Positions 26,801-35,219 of a DNA stretch of 64,000 nt are shown piece by piece (position 1 is the stretch's first letter; each line of letters opens with the position of its first letter). Below the pieces are notes generated by a model that made no database searches, had not been told where the DNA came from, and was given only the letters and a program-made list of their open reading frames with translations. Source of the DNA: Planctomycetota bacterium (GTDB taxonomy: Bacteria > Planctomycetota > Planctomycetia > Pirellulales > JADFKK01); NCBI GenBank assembly GCA_022564995.1, contig JADFKK010000001.1:30786-94785 (forward strand), written 5' to 3'. A program made the position numbers and the translations under genes.

Positions 26801-27000
26801 GCGATCATCAGTTTTTCGGCATCGCGATGGGCAAAGAACGACGTCAGTCCGACGCGATCGTAAGCGGCCCGCGGTTCTTCGCAAAAGGTGACGATGTTGT
26901 ATCGCTTGATGCCGTCGAATTCGACTAGCTTTTCGACAAAGCGGTGGCCCACCATGCCGTTGCCGATGACGACGATGTTTTTCTTTGTTGATTCAGTCAT
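23806..27000 (-). CDS. nirB: NAD(P)H nitrite reductase large subunit fused to a NirD-like Rieske domain
   Basis: 'NIVVIGNGMVGHRF' FAD/NAD fold, BFD-like [2Fe-2S] cysteines, sirohaem/FeS nitrite reductase core, and a C-terminal 'CPH...CPLH' Rieske motif after an Asn/Gly/Ala-rich linker. Confidence 0.85.
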   Translation of the reverse strand: MTESTKKNIVVIGNGMVGHRFVEKLVEFDGIKRYNIVTFCEEPRAAYDRVGLTSFFAHRDAEKLMIARLDWYREHGIEIHIGDRADKINRKKRIVTSDRGVSIKYDTVVLATGSYPFVPPVEGIQKRGVFVYRTIGDLEKIIEYGQSVKRCAVIGGGLLGLEAAKAAHGLGLKTHVIEFAPRLMPRQLDDAGSRILVQKIEELGVRVHLNKATKEVTGDGCVEGMRFADGDSLDVEMIIVSAGIRPRDELARNCKLDVGERGGVVVNDHLQTSDPSIFAIGEVALHDGMIYGLVAPGYEMAETLAANLCDEKGSGSRFCESTEPQTKTSGPFLRAFTGSDLSTKLKLLGVDVASFGQHEAEPDVAVPLVFEDAFAGVYKKLLFDRDGKRLLGGILVGDAADYGALLHLATSGDPLPCPPGELMGFGGDAGASLGADTMSDDAQVCSCNNVSKGAIRAAIDEQNLTSLGEVKSCTKAGAGCGGCLPLVTDIFRAEMAKAGVTLNNHLCEHFAHSRQELFDIVKIKQIKTFDALLASHGNGSGCEVCKPTVSSILASLWNETIVESQHQTLQDTNDRFLANTQRGGLYSIVPRIPGGEITPDKLMALGRVGKKYGLYTKITGAQRVDLFGAQLHQLPDIWEELIDEGFESGHAYGKAVRTVKSCVGSTWCRYGVQDSVAFAIRIEQRYRGIRAPHKIKLAVSGCARECAEAQCKDVGLIATENGYNVFVCGNGGAKPRHADLLITDVDEQAAIRTIDRFLMYYIFTAEKLTRTATWLENMEGGLEHLKDVVLHDKLGICDELERRMQHLVDTYKCEWKEVVNDPEKRRAFRQFVNTDETQAGIEIIDERGQRRPADWPRDNIPPKDDVPLVQIDLPRGGVLAAGDASASKRNGHATATNGQAAANGNGHARGDRPKDTGRLKKQWVQVGYVSEFPENGGAAIKYGQVQIAVYNFTSRGEWYACQNMCPHKNAFVLSRGIIGSADNVPKVACPLHKKPFSLKTGESLSGENFSLKVFPVKVSGGEVFLELPPKEQLDALLATEMHCISACGARKSAAVESHGARAIV

Positions 27001-27012
27001 GCGTTGTGTACC

Positions 27013-29346
27013 TTAAACATCGTCCCAAGGCTCGACACGGCGCACGCGCACGGCGCAGTCTTTGTACGAGGGTTGTTTTGAGTAGGGATCGAAATGGGCG
27101 TGAGTAAGTTGGTTGGTCGTGTGATAGTGCATGGGAATAAAGACTTGGCCCGGCTGAACGGTCGGTGTGACGAATGCCTTAGCGCGAATGCGGCCTCGCT
27201 GTGATTCGACGATGACGTCTTGGCTGGGCACAATGCCTTCGCGCCGGGCGTCGTGCGGATTGATCTCGACGTAAACTCCCGGCGGCCCTAAGCGGCGCAG
27301 CACGCTGCTCTTGGCGGTCCGCGTCTGGGTGTGCCACTGGGCAGCCGTTCCGCGGCCGGTGAGCAGCAGATACGGATAGCGCTCGTTGGGCGGCTCGGGC
27401 ATTTCGCGGGGAAGCTCAAAGAGGAATCTGGCGCGGCCGTCGGCGTGGTAGAAACGGCCGTCCTCGAAGAGGCGACGGTGTTGGGAGGAAGGGAGGGAGG
27501 GAGGGAGGGAGGGAGGGGGAGATGAGGAGAATGAAACTTGCTCCCCCTTTCTCTCCCTCTCTCCCCCTCTCCCACTCTCTCCTTCCCTCCCTCCCGCTTT
27601 CCCTCCCGCTTTCTCACAAAACGGCCACTGAATGCCGCCATGCTCTGCGATCATCCGGTAATCGCGAATGCCGGTGAAATCGCACGGCTGCCCTCGCGAG
27701 AGTGATTTCAATTTTTCAAAGACGACCTGCGGCGAAGTCCAGTCGGCGAACATCGCGCCGCAGCCCCAGGAGTCGGCAATCAGACGGAATATGGAAAAGT
27801 CGGCCAGCGCCTGCCCGGGCGCCTTGGCAACCTTTTTGATCAGACCGATGCGTCGTTCGGAGTTGATCAGCGTGCCGTCTTTTTCGCCCCAGCCGGCGGC
27901 CGGCAAGACGAGATCGGCCCGCTGTGCCGTCTCGGTCGTTGTGTACATGTCTTGAACGACGAGAAAATCGAGCCGGTCGAGAATCTCGTGGCACGTGTTC
28001 TGGTTGATCCACGAATGGGCCGTGTTGGTGCCGATGATCCACAGCCCCTTGATCTTCTCGCGGAGGATGCCTTCGATGATTTCGTTGTAAGACCAACTCG
28101 GCTGCGAAGGGATGCGCTGGACGTCGATGTTCAGAACGTCGGCCACGGCTTGTCGGTGATCGGGATTTTGGAAGTCACGGCCGCCCAGCAGGTTGGTCGT
28201 GTTGCTGAACAGCCGCGAGCCCATCGCGTTACATTGGCCGGTGATCGAATTGGGCCCCGTGCCGGGCCGGCCGATGTTACCGGTCATCAGCGCCAGGTTG
28301 ATGATGGCCTGCGCCGTGCGAACGCCCTGGTAACTTTGGTTGACGCCCATCGTCCACCAGAACGAGACCCGGCGGCCTTCGTGAATAGTTTTGGCAACCT
28401 CGAATAACTGTTGTGCATCAATGTTGGTGAGCGAGGCAACATGCGAAGGATTAAACGGCTCGACGTGTTTGCGGAAGTCCTCGAATTCCAACGTGTGTGC
28501 GTTAATGTAGCGGCGGTCGATCCAACCCTCCTCGATCAGAATGTGCGCCAGTCCGTAGAACAACGCCAAGTCCGACTTCGGCGCCAGCGGCAAATGTTGC
28601 GTCGCCGCCATCGCGGTCTCCGTCCGTCGCGGGTCGATCACGATGATCTCCGGCTGATGCGGATTGCGCAGCACCCGCTGCCACATGATCGGATGGGCGA
28701 TGCACAGGTTCGCGCCGACCAACACAATTACGTCCGACTCTTCAAAGTCGGTGTAGGTGTACGGCGGCGCATCGAAGCCGAACGCCTCTTGGTAGGCGAC
28801 CACGGACGTGGCCATGCACTGGCGTGTGTTCCCGTCGCCGTGAATCATGCCGATGCCGAATTTCGCCAATGCGCCGAGAAAAGCCATCTCTTCGCTGGCG
28901 ATTTGCCCCGTGCTCAAGAAGGCGATCGACTCGGCGCCGTGTCGGCTCTGAATCTGTTTTAGCCGACTGCAAAACATTTCCATCGCCTGCCGCCAATTGA
29001 CCGGACGCAGCTTGCCGTGCTTGTCTCGCAGCAGCGGCGTCGTGGCACGGTCGGGTGAGTTCAACACCGAAAGCGCCTCCCAGCCCTTGGGACAGGCCAT
29101 GCCGAGATTGACCGGGTAATCGGCCGAGGGCGTGAGATTGATCGGCTCGCCGCCTTTGAGGTGGACGTCGAGCCCGCAGCCGGTTGCGCAGAATCCGCAG
29201 ACCATCTGCACGGTAGCGTCGGGTTGGAGTCGGCGCGGAACGAGACCCAAACCGAATTTTCCCGGCTCCAGAACCAACGCTTCCGTGAGCGGGCCGTTGG
29301 AAGCTCTCCATAGCGTGTCTTTCTGTTGGGGCAAGATCGTGCTCAT
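27013..29346 (-). CDS. nasA: assimilatory nitrate reductase catalytic subunit (molybdopterin oxidoreductase) with a 45-aa low-complexity insertion
   Basis: Start at 'MSTILPQQ' (ATGA overlap with the upstream gene). '[10 protein letters not shown]' FeS motif. MopB and C-terminal molybdopterin-binding domains. Confidence 0.85.
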   Translation of the reverse strand: MSTILPQQKDTLWRASNGPLTEALVLEPGKFGLGLVPRRLQPDATVQMVCGFCATGCGLDVHLKGGEPINLTPSADYPVNLGMACPKGWEALSVLNSPDRATTPLLRDKHGKLRPVNWRQAMEMFCSRLKQIQSRHGAESIAFLSTGQIASEEMAFLGALAKFGIGMIHGDGNTRQCMATSVVAYQEAFGFDAPPYTYTDFEESDVIVLVGANLCIAHPIMWQRVLRNPHQPEIIVIDPRRTETAMAATQHLPLAPKSDLALFYGLAHILIEEGWIDRRYINAHTLEFEDFRKHVEPFNPSHVASLTNIDAQQLFEVAKTIHEGRRVSFWWTMGVNQSYQGVRTAQAIINLALMTGNIGRPGTGPNSITGQCNAMGSRLFSNTTNLLGGRDFQNPDHRQAVADVLNIDVQRIPSQPSWSYNEIIEGILREKIKGLWIIGTNTAHSWINQNTCHEILDRLDFLVVQDMYTTTETAQRADLVLPAAGWGEKDGTLINSERRIGLIKKVAKAPGQALADFSIFRLIADSWGCGAMFADWTSPQVVFEKLKSLSRGQPCDFTGIRDYRMIAEHGGIQWPFCEKAGGKAGGREGESGRGGERERKGEQVSFSSSPPPSLPPSLPSSQHRRLFEDGRFYHADGRARFLFELPREMPEPPNERYPYLLLTGRGTAAQWHTQTRTAKSSVLRRLGPPGVYVEINPHDARREGIVPSQDVIVESQRGRIRAKAFVTPTVQPGQVFIPMHYHTTNQLTHAHFDPYSKQPSYKDCAVRVRRVEPWDDV
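27483..27610. repeat. polypurine/polypyrimidine mirror-inverted repeat including (GGGA)6, inside nasA
   Basis: GGGAGGAAGGGAGGGAGGGAGGGAGGGAGGGAGGGGGAG ... CTCCCCCTTTCTCTCCCTCTCTCCCCCTCTCCC... The (GGGA)6 run is at 27491-27514. Confidence 0.8.
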
Positions 29347-31076
29347 GTGGCGGCGCTCCCCGGCATTTTCGGGGCCACCGAAGCGGCGAAAAACAAATAT
29401 CGCTCGTGTAACTCGCCCACGATTGACAGACCGAGCACCAACAGCGTGATGATCCCAATGAATAGCGGCTGGTAACTTTCCGCGGTGATGGCCGTCTCCG
29501 CCAACAACACGACCGGCAGGATCACTCCGCCGACGATGCCGAAGAACAATCGACGCATCGCCGTCATGCTCAACTCTCCGATCATCAGCATCGCGCTGCG
29601 CTTCTGCGGCGTGTGTTGTCGGCGCCGCAGATGTGCTAGCAGGCTCAATTCCAACAGCAGCTTCGTCGTAACCAGCGCCACCAACGCCCAGCACAAGTCT
29701 CGCCCGTACTGCGTCATGACGGTCGACGAGGTCAGTCCGTCGGTGAGCGCCGCAGCCATGAGCGAGACGAGCAGGGCCGTGGGAATGCCGAGAATCAAGC
29801 AGGTCAGCAGAAATTTCGCGGCGGTGGGAATCAGGGTCCAGCATGGCCGGCGGGTGTCAACATAGACCATCACCGAGCAAAACACGGCCAGCAATCCGGC
29901 GGCCGAGGCGCAAGTGCCCAGGACTGCCTGCCAGAAGTCGGAGATTCCCGCACCGGCGTAATCGAGACAAGCCGCGGCGACGTAAAGCGATGAAACGGCG
30001 GCGAAAATGCCGAACGCCACGATCTCTCGGCTGAGCCACGAAGTCCGCAGACCCAGCACGGCCCGAAACGCATACAACGGGCGGCCCAAGTGAAACACCG
30101 ATGCGGCCAATCCCAACATCCCCAGCAGTAGCGCCGCGCACAAATGCAGCGGGCGGATCGAGCGGGCGATCTCTTCGCGAAACAGCGATGAGTAGGAGAA
30201 AATCAATTGCTCGACGAGAAAGGCGCCCACCGACATCTGCGTCAGCACCAGCATGAACACCAGCGGCAGATGGCTATGCGCCCGACCGACGGAATAATAA
30301 TCGGCCGGCAGCAGGTTACGCGGCAGCGAACGCTTCGTCGTGTAGGTGGTTGTCGGAACCGTGTAGCCCGGCTCGGGAGAAGCCGGCAGCAGCGCACTGG
30401 CCTCGCACTCATCGAGCACCGCGGCCACGTCGACCGTGCGAATTTTGATCGCCCGGCTCGGGCAAGCCTGCACACAGGCCGGAGCTTCGCCGACCGCCAA
30501 ACGCTGGCTGCACATGTCGCACTTGCGGACGATGCCCTTGGCACGGCTATAAACCGGCACGTCATACGGACACTTGAGCACGCAATACTGACAGCCGATA
30601 CACTGGTCGTCCAAGTGACGCACGATGCCCGTGTCGACGTCTTTTTCGTAGGCCCCGACCGGACAGCCCGACAGGCAGGCCGGCTCGATGCAGTGATGAC
30701 AGGCGGTGGTCACGTGCTGGATGACGGGCAATTCATTCGATCCGCCGATCAACTGGCCCACGTTTCGCCACAGTTCGTCGTCTTCCAAGCCATTGAGCGC
30801 ATGGCAGGCGGTCACGCAGGCCTTGCATCCGGAGCAGGCGTCGAGATCGACTTCAAACGCATATTGCTGGCCGCTGGCTGGGGCAGTGGCGGGGATCAGG
30901 TCGCGGTAGGTGTTCGATTGGGCCGCCGTGCCGGCGCGGGCGTGACTCTGCGCGAAACGATCGACCGCCGAGAGCGACTGCTGTTCTTGGAGCAGCGCCG
31001 CGACGAGATCGAGCGGCGTTGTTAGCGCCGGCAACGTCTCGTTCTGTGTTGGTGTTTCAGGAGATTGCAGTTGCAT
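29343..31076 (-). CDS. 4Fe-4S ferredoxin (DmsB/NrfC-like) fused to a DmsC-like polytopic membrane domain
   Basis: Four CxxCxxCxxxCP-type clusters, then about 8 TM helices. Start chosen at 'MQLQSPE' (31076), because the first 30 codons of the track ORF are encoded by a repeat element. Confidence 0.75.
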   Translation of the reverse strand: MQLQSPETPTQNETLPALTTPLDLVAALLQEQQSLSAVDRFAQSHARAGTAAQSNTYRDLIPATAPASGQQYAFEVDLDACSGCKACVTACHALNGLEDDELWRNVGQLIGGSNELPVIQHVTTACHHCIEPACLSGCPVGAYEKDVDTGIVRHLDDQCIGCQYCVLKCPYDVPVYSRAKGIVRKCDMCSQRLAVGEAPACVQACPSRAIKIRTVDVAAVLDECEASALLPASPEPGYTVPTTTYTTKRSLPRNLLPADYYSVGRAHSHLPLVFMLVLTQMSVGAFLVEQLIFSYSSLFREEIARSIRPLHLCAALLLGMLGLAASVFHLGRPLYAFRAVLGLRTSWLSREIVAFGIFAAVSSLYVAAACLDYAGAGISDFWQAVLGTCASAAGLLAVFCSVMVYVDTRRPCWTLIPTAAKFLLTCLILGIPTALLVSLMAAALTDGLTSSTVMTQYGRDLCWALVALVTTKLLLELSLLAHLRRRQHTPQKRSAMLMIGELSMTAMRRLFFGIVGGVILPVVLLAETAITAESYQPLFIGIITLLVLGLSIVGELHERYLFFAASVAPKMPGSAAT

Positions 31077-31096
31077 GGTGTCTTCGTCTTCTTCTT

Positions 31097-31289
31097 CGTT
31101 TAACGGCAAGCCGCAGGCGGCTGTGTTTCTAGTTCTTTGTCGAAGCCATTTTTCGGGTGGTCGCAATCAGCCGCGGGGCGTTAGCCCCCGGTTATCGTCG
31201 AATCAACCGGAGGCTAACGCCCCGCGGCTAATCCTAAAATTAAGCCGGTCGTCATTCAAAACACTGCCGCCTGCGGCTTGCCGTTAAAC
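31097..31289. repeat. palindromic MITE-like element (type 1) carrying a nested type-2 palindromic element
   Basis: Arms are CGTTTAACGGCAAGCCGCAGGCGGCTG (31097-) and CTGCCGCCTGCGGCTTGCCGTTAAAC (-31289). The inner palindrome AGCCGCGGGGCGTTAGCCCCCGG ... CCGGAGGCTAACGCCCCGCGGCT lies at about 31165-31232. Confidence 0.75.
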
Positions 31290-31315
31290 AATGAAACAAT
31301 TCACAACATCACTTC

Positions 31316-32692
31316 CTACGCGGTCTGAAGCTGCAGCACGTCTTCGCGCTCTCGATTCTTAGCCAAGGCCATCTCCCGGCGGGCGTCCGACTCAGCTTGC
31401 GGCGAGAACGTCACGGCGAAGGCGCAAAACGAACAGGCGGTGACGATGCCGCCGAGGATCAACAGGGCGCTGGGCCAGGCGATGGCGCCCTTGAACAGAA
31501 AGCCGGCCGCCACGGCGCCCATGTTTCCGCCGGCACCGACGATGCCGGCCACGGGGCCGAAGGACTTCTTGTTGACAAACGGCACCACCGAAAAGGTCGC
31601 TCCGGCCGACATCTTGACCAACAGGCTGAACACGATCAGCGCTGGAATCGCCAGCACCAACACGCTCATTTGCGAGAACAGCATCAAGGCCAGCCCCTCG
31701 CAAAACAACACCATGAACAGCCAGGTCACCCGGCCTTGCAGCCCCCAGCGCGAGCCGAAAGCGTCGCTAAAGGCGCCGCCGACCGTGCGGGCGAACAGAT
31801 TCATCAGCCCAAACAAGCTGGCGATGAGTCCGGCCGTTTTGATCGCGGTCACGGCATCCATCTCCTGGAAGTCGCTGAAGGTTTCCATGAAGTAGAGCAC
31901 CGCTACATTGTTGATCGTCAGTTCGATGCCGAAACAAGCCCCGTAGATCACAAACAGAGCCCACACGCGACGGTCGCGGCAGGTTTTAAGGAATGCACCG
32001 TTTGGAGCCTTTTTGTCCGCCGAGCCGCCCCCGGAGCGAAGGTCTTTGAAGTTTCCCTCGGGCGTATCTTGCGTGACGAAATAGTAAGCGATGCCGGTCA
32101 GCAAACAGACCACGCCGACGGCGATCATGCACATCCGCCAACCCAACGCCGTGCTGAACCCGAACACCGAAACGAACAGCGTCAGCAAGAGCGGCATCAC
32201 CAGTTGCGTCGCGCCGCCGCCCATGTTGCCCCAGCCGGCAGTGGTTGCACTGGCCGTGCCGACGACATTGGGTGCGAACATCAGACTGGTGTGATATTGC
32301 GTGATGACAAACGACGCTCCGATCACGCCGATCATCAAGCGACAAAAAATGAACGTCCACGGGCCGCTGGACAGTCCGATCAGCATCACCGGAATCGAGC
32401 CGATCACCAGCAGCCACGTATAGGCCCGTCGCGGACCGATGCGGTCGCAGAGCCAGCCGACGAACAGTCGGGCGACGACCGTCATCGACACCGAGGCGAT
32501 GATCGCCCAGCCGATGTGACTGCGGGTCATGCCGAGCTCGTCGCGCACGACCGTCATCAGCGGCGCGACGCCAAACCAGGCAAAGAAACAGAGAAAAAAC
32601 GCGAACCACGTCATGTGGAACGTGCGAATCTGCGGCATGTCGAGTCGAAAAAAGTTCCCCCACAGTGACGTGGCCTTGTTCTGAATCTCCAC
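31316..32692 (-). CDS. narK: nitrate/nitrite transporter NarK (MFS)
   Basis: 'RTFHMTWFAFFLCFFAWFG' NarK N-terminal signature and 12 TM helices. GTG start at 32692 (AAGGA upstream) preferred over the TTG at 32785. Confidence 0.8.
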   Translation of the reverse strand: MEIQNKATSLWGNFFRLDMPQIRTFHMTWFAFFLCFFAWFGVAPLMTVVRDELGMTRSHIGWAIIASVSMTVVARLFVGWLCDRIGPRRAYTWLLVIGSIPVMLIGLSSGPWTFIFCRLMIGVIGASFVITQYHTSLMFAPNVVGTASATTAGWGNMGGGATQLVMPLLLTLFVSVFGFSTALGWRMCMIAVGVVCLLTGIAYYFVTQDTPEGNFKDLRSGGGSADKKAPNGAFLKTCRDRRVWALFVIYGACFGIELTINNVAVLYFMETFSDFQEMDAVTAIKTAGLIASLFGLMNLFARTVGGAFSDAFGSRWGLQGRVTWLFMVLFCEGLALMLFSQMSVLVLAIPALIVFSLLVKMSAGATFSVVPFVNKKSFGPVAGIVGAGGNMGAVAAGFLFKGAIAWPSALLILGGIVTACSFCAFAVTFSPQAESDARREMALAKNREREDVLQLQTA

Positions 32693-33226
32693 TGGTTTCG
32701 TTCCTTGAATGGCTAGGTTGGTGCGCACCTTTATCCCAGGTTCCGTCCGCCCGTTGGCGCGCTGACCAATGCGGCTGTGTGCCAAAGCCGCCGTGAGGGA
32801 ATCGACCAGATCCGGTGAAGAAAAACCGGAGGGAATGAGGCCGCGCCCATTGGAGCGCCGCCGTCGGTCGCCTCGTCTTTAGCAAATACGTTTCGCGTTG
32901 CAATGCGAACGTGGTAGACTGGTTATGCAAGGAGCGTGCCAATGAGGCGGTCGTGCGGCAGGATGACAAGCGCTTGCAGCGTAACTTGCCATGTTGTCAC
33001 GAGTTAGCAGAACATCCGATGGTCAAAAAAATTCGACAGGCTAAGTCTCCGTGCTCACAAACCAAGCAGCGATTGCTCATCGGCGCGTCACTCGACCGGG
33101 CGCGGAGAATTTTGCAGTACCACGATAGTGCAGGTTTCTGCCAAAGTAAGCGGCATTGGGCCAGCACCCCGCGACTGATGAATCATTTGGAATAACGGTG
33201 CCGTAGCACACGAAAGGCCTCGGGCT

Positions 33227-33529
33227 GTGATTGATTTGGTTGAGCACGCGGAGGGAATTGTACTGGCGGTTCGCGCTCATGCGGCGGCGCGGCGCAGCGG
33301 CGTCGAGGGCATCCACGACGGCATGCTCAAAGTGTCGGTTACGCAAGCGGCCGAAAAAGGCAAGGCCAACAAGGCCCTCATCGCGGTGTTGAGTCGGCAA
33401 CTCGGCTTGCGCAAAACGCAGATCGAACTGCTTGCCGGCCACACATCGCCGCAAAAACGCTTCTTGATTCGCGACATCGACGCCGCGGAGCTACGTGGTC
33501 GGATCGACGCCTACGTGTCTCACGAATGA
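33227..33529 (+). CDS. DUF167 (YggU-like) family protein
   Basis: 'LKVSVTQAAEKGKANKALIAVLSRQLGLRKTQIELLAGHTSPQKRF' matches the DUF167 pattern. Confidence 0.7.
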   Translation: MIDLVEHAEGIVLAVRAHAAARRSGVEGIHDGMLKVSVTQAAEKGKANKALIAVLSRQLGLRKTQIELLAGHTSPQKRFLIRDIDAAELRGRIDAYVSHE

Positions 33530-33544
33530 AAATGACACGTTTAT

Positions 33545-33627
33545 CGTTTAACGGCAAGCCGCAGGCGACTGTGTTTCTAATCCAAGCGTCCATTCAAAAC
33601 TCAGCCGCCTGCGGCTTGCCGTTAAAC
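33545..33627. repeat. palindromic MITE-like element (type 1), compact copy
   Basis: Same arms as 31097-31289, with only a 29-nt centre. Confidence 0.8.
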
Positions 33628-33782
33628 GAGCGTGCAAACAATGCCCCACTTATGCCCCGCACGAGGCTCCACTTGAAAAGCCCCGGGCCGGCAACTAAAG
33701 TACAAACAGGAACAGAACAAACCGTAACCCGGCGCCGCATTCGGGCAGCATTGCGTCGGAGGCTTTTTGCGGCGGTCGGGCT

Positions 33783-35219
33783 ATGTATCGTGCGACGGGA
33801 CGGATGATCGGACTGGTGCTGGTCACGCTCTGCGCGCTGGCGGTGATGATCACCTTCGGCGCCGGTCGCTGGTTTGGAAATACTCCGACGGATTCAAGCG
33901 GAAAGGCTTTACCCGAGACCCCCGCTTCGGTCATCGTCATGGCCGTGCGTCGCGAGCCGCTGGAGATCGTCGATCGTTACTCCGGCACGATCGAGGCTTT
34001 GGAGAAGTTCTCATTGGGATTCCAAATCGCCGGCCGCTTGGAATTGCTCGGCGAGGACGCCTTGGGCCAGCCGCTCGACGCGGGTGACGAGATCATTTGC
34101 CGGCCGGCCCCGCCTGCGGCAACTGCGTCTCCGGCAACTGCGTCTCCGGCAACTGCGGTAGATGATCGCCGCGCTCAGATCCTCAAAGACCTCACGCCCG
34201 CGTTAGCGCCCAAGGGTTTCTTGGTCAGTCCGCTGCTGGCCCGTCTCGATTTGGAGTTGCTGCGCGCGCAGCGCGACGAATTGATGGTGCAGCTCGAACA
34301 GGCACATTACGATCGAGAAAAAGCCCAGTCCTTGTGGCAGCGCAAGGCCATCACCGACGCGGAACTTCGCTCGCGGCGAACCGACTTCTCCGCGGCCAGC
34401 TTTCGATATCGGGCCGCCGACCGAAGATTGCGCGACGGCCAATTGCGGCTGGTCGTTCCGGCCCACTTTGCATTGGATCGTGGTGGCGATACACAAAGCG
34501 ATCTGCGGCGGCGGTTTGTCATTTCCAAGCGACTGGCCATTCCCGGCGAGACGCTCAGTGCCCATCAAACCGTTTTCGAGTTGGTCGAAGTCGATCAAGT
34601 CAAGCTGGTGGTCGGGGTGCCCGAGTCGCGGGTGCGAGAACTCGATCGGCGGATGAAGGAAGTTGAGGACCATCGCCGCCGCGCAAGGGCCGGAGCGTTC
34701 GTCGAACCTGAGGATTTGCAGATTCTCGTCCACATCCGACTGCTCGGCAAGCAGCGGTTTGGCGACGAGTGGCCGGCGCTAGAGGGATATGTCTTCCAGG
34801 TGAGTGAAACGGCCGGCGACCACGGCTTGTTTGACGTGGAGATTATCATCGACAACCCCGACGGCGCGCTCAAGCCGGGTCTGTTTGCCATGGCCGACAT
34901 TGTGCTGGAGAAGATCGATGGCTTTCGCCTGCCGCGCTCGGCGATCCGCTACGACGAAGATGGGACTGCGTATTTGTTTTCGGTCAACCGACACGCCAGC
35001 GGCGGCGAGAGCAGCGCCGGGGGCAGCGATAAGAACCGTGGCGAGATTGCCAAGGCGACGCGCTACAATTTGGGTCGTAGCGTTGCCCAGGGGAGCCACG
35101 TCATCGTCCGCGACTTGCCGGTGCAGCACCAAACGGTGGTCGTCCGCGGGCAACATCGCCTGACGCCCGGACGGACGGTGAAGATTGTCGAAGATGAAAA
35201 CGCGACGGCCGCGCCATGA
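33783..35219 (+). CDS. RND efflux periplasmic adaptor (HlyD/MFP family)
   Basis: N-terminal TM, coiled-coil hairpin and beta-barrel regions. Stop overlaps the RND pump start. Contains a (ATASP) repeat. Confidence 0.8.
   Translation: MYRATGRMIGLVLVTLCALAVMITFGAGRWFGNTPTDSSGKALPETPASVIVMAVRREPLEIVDRYSGTIEALEKFSLGFQIAGRLELLGEDALGQPLDAGDEIICRPAPPAATASPATASPATAVDDRRAQILKDLTPALAPKGFLVSPLLARLDLELLRAQRDELMVQLEQAHYDREKAQSLWQRKAITDAELRSRRTDFSAASFRYRAADRRLRDGQLRLVVPAHFALDRGGDTQSDLRRRFVISKRLAIPGETLSAHQTVFELVEVDQVKLVVGVPESRVRELDRRMKEVEDHRRRARAGAFVEPEDLQILVHIRLLGKQRFGDEWPALEGYVFQVSETAGDHGLFDVEIIIDNPDGALKPGLFAMADIVLEKIDGFRLPRSAIRYDEDGTAYLFSVNRHASGGESSAGGSDKNRGEIAKATRYNLGRSVAQGSHVIVRDLPVQHQTVVVRGQHRLTPGRTVKIVEDENATAAP

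Noticed and set aside
27013-29844. The 943-aa version of the nasA ORF and the N-terminal extensions of ORFs 29343-31166, 56792-57838, 15491-16615 and 8415-8846
   Set aside because: The extensions overlap upstream genes or repeat elements and lack family similarity. Internal starts with Shine-Dalgarno sequences or ATGA coupling give proteins that begin where homologous families begin.
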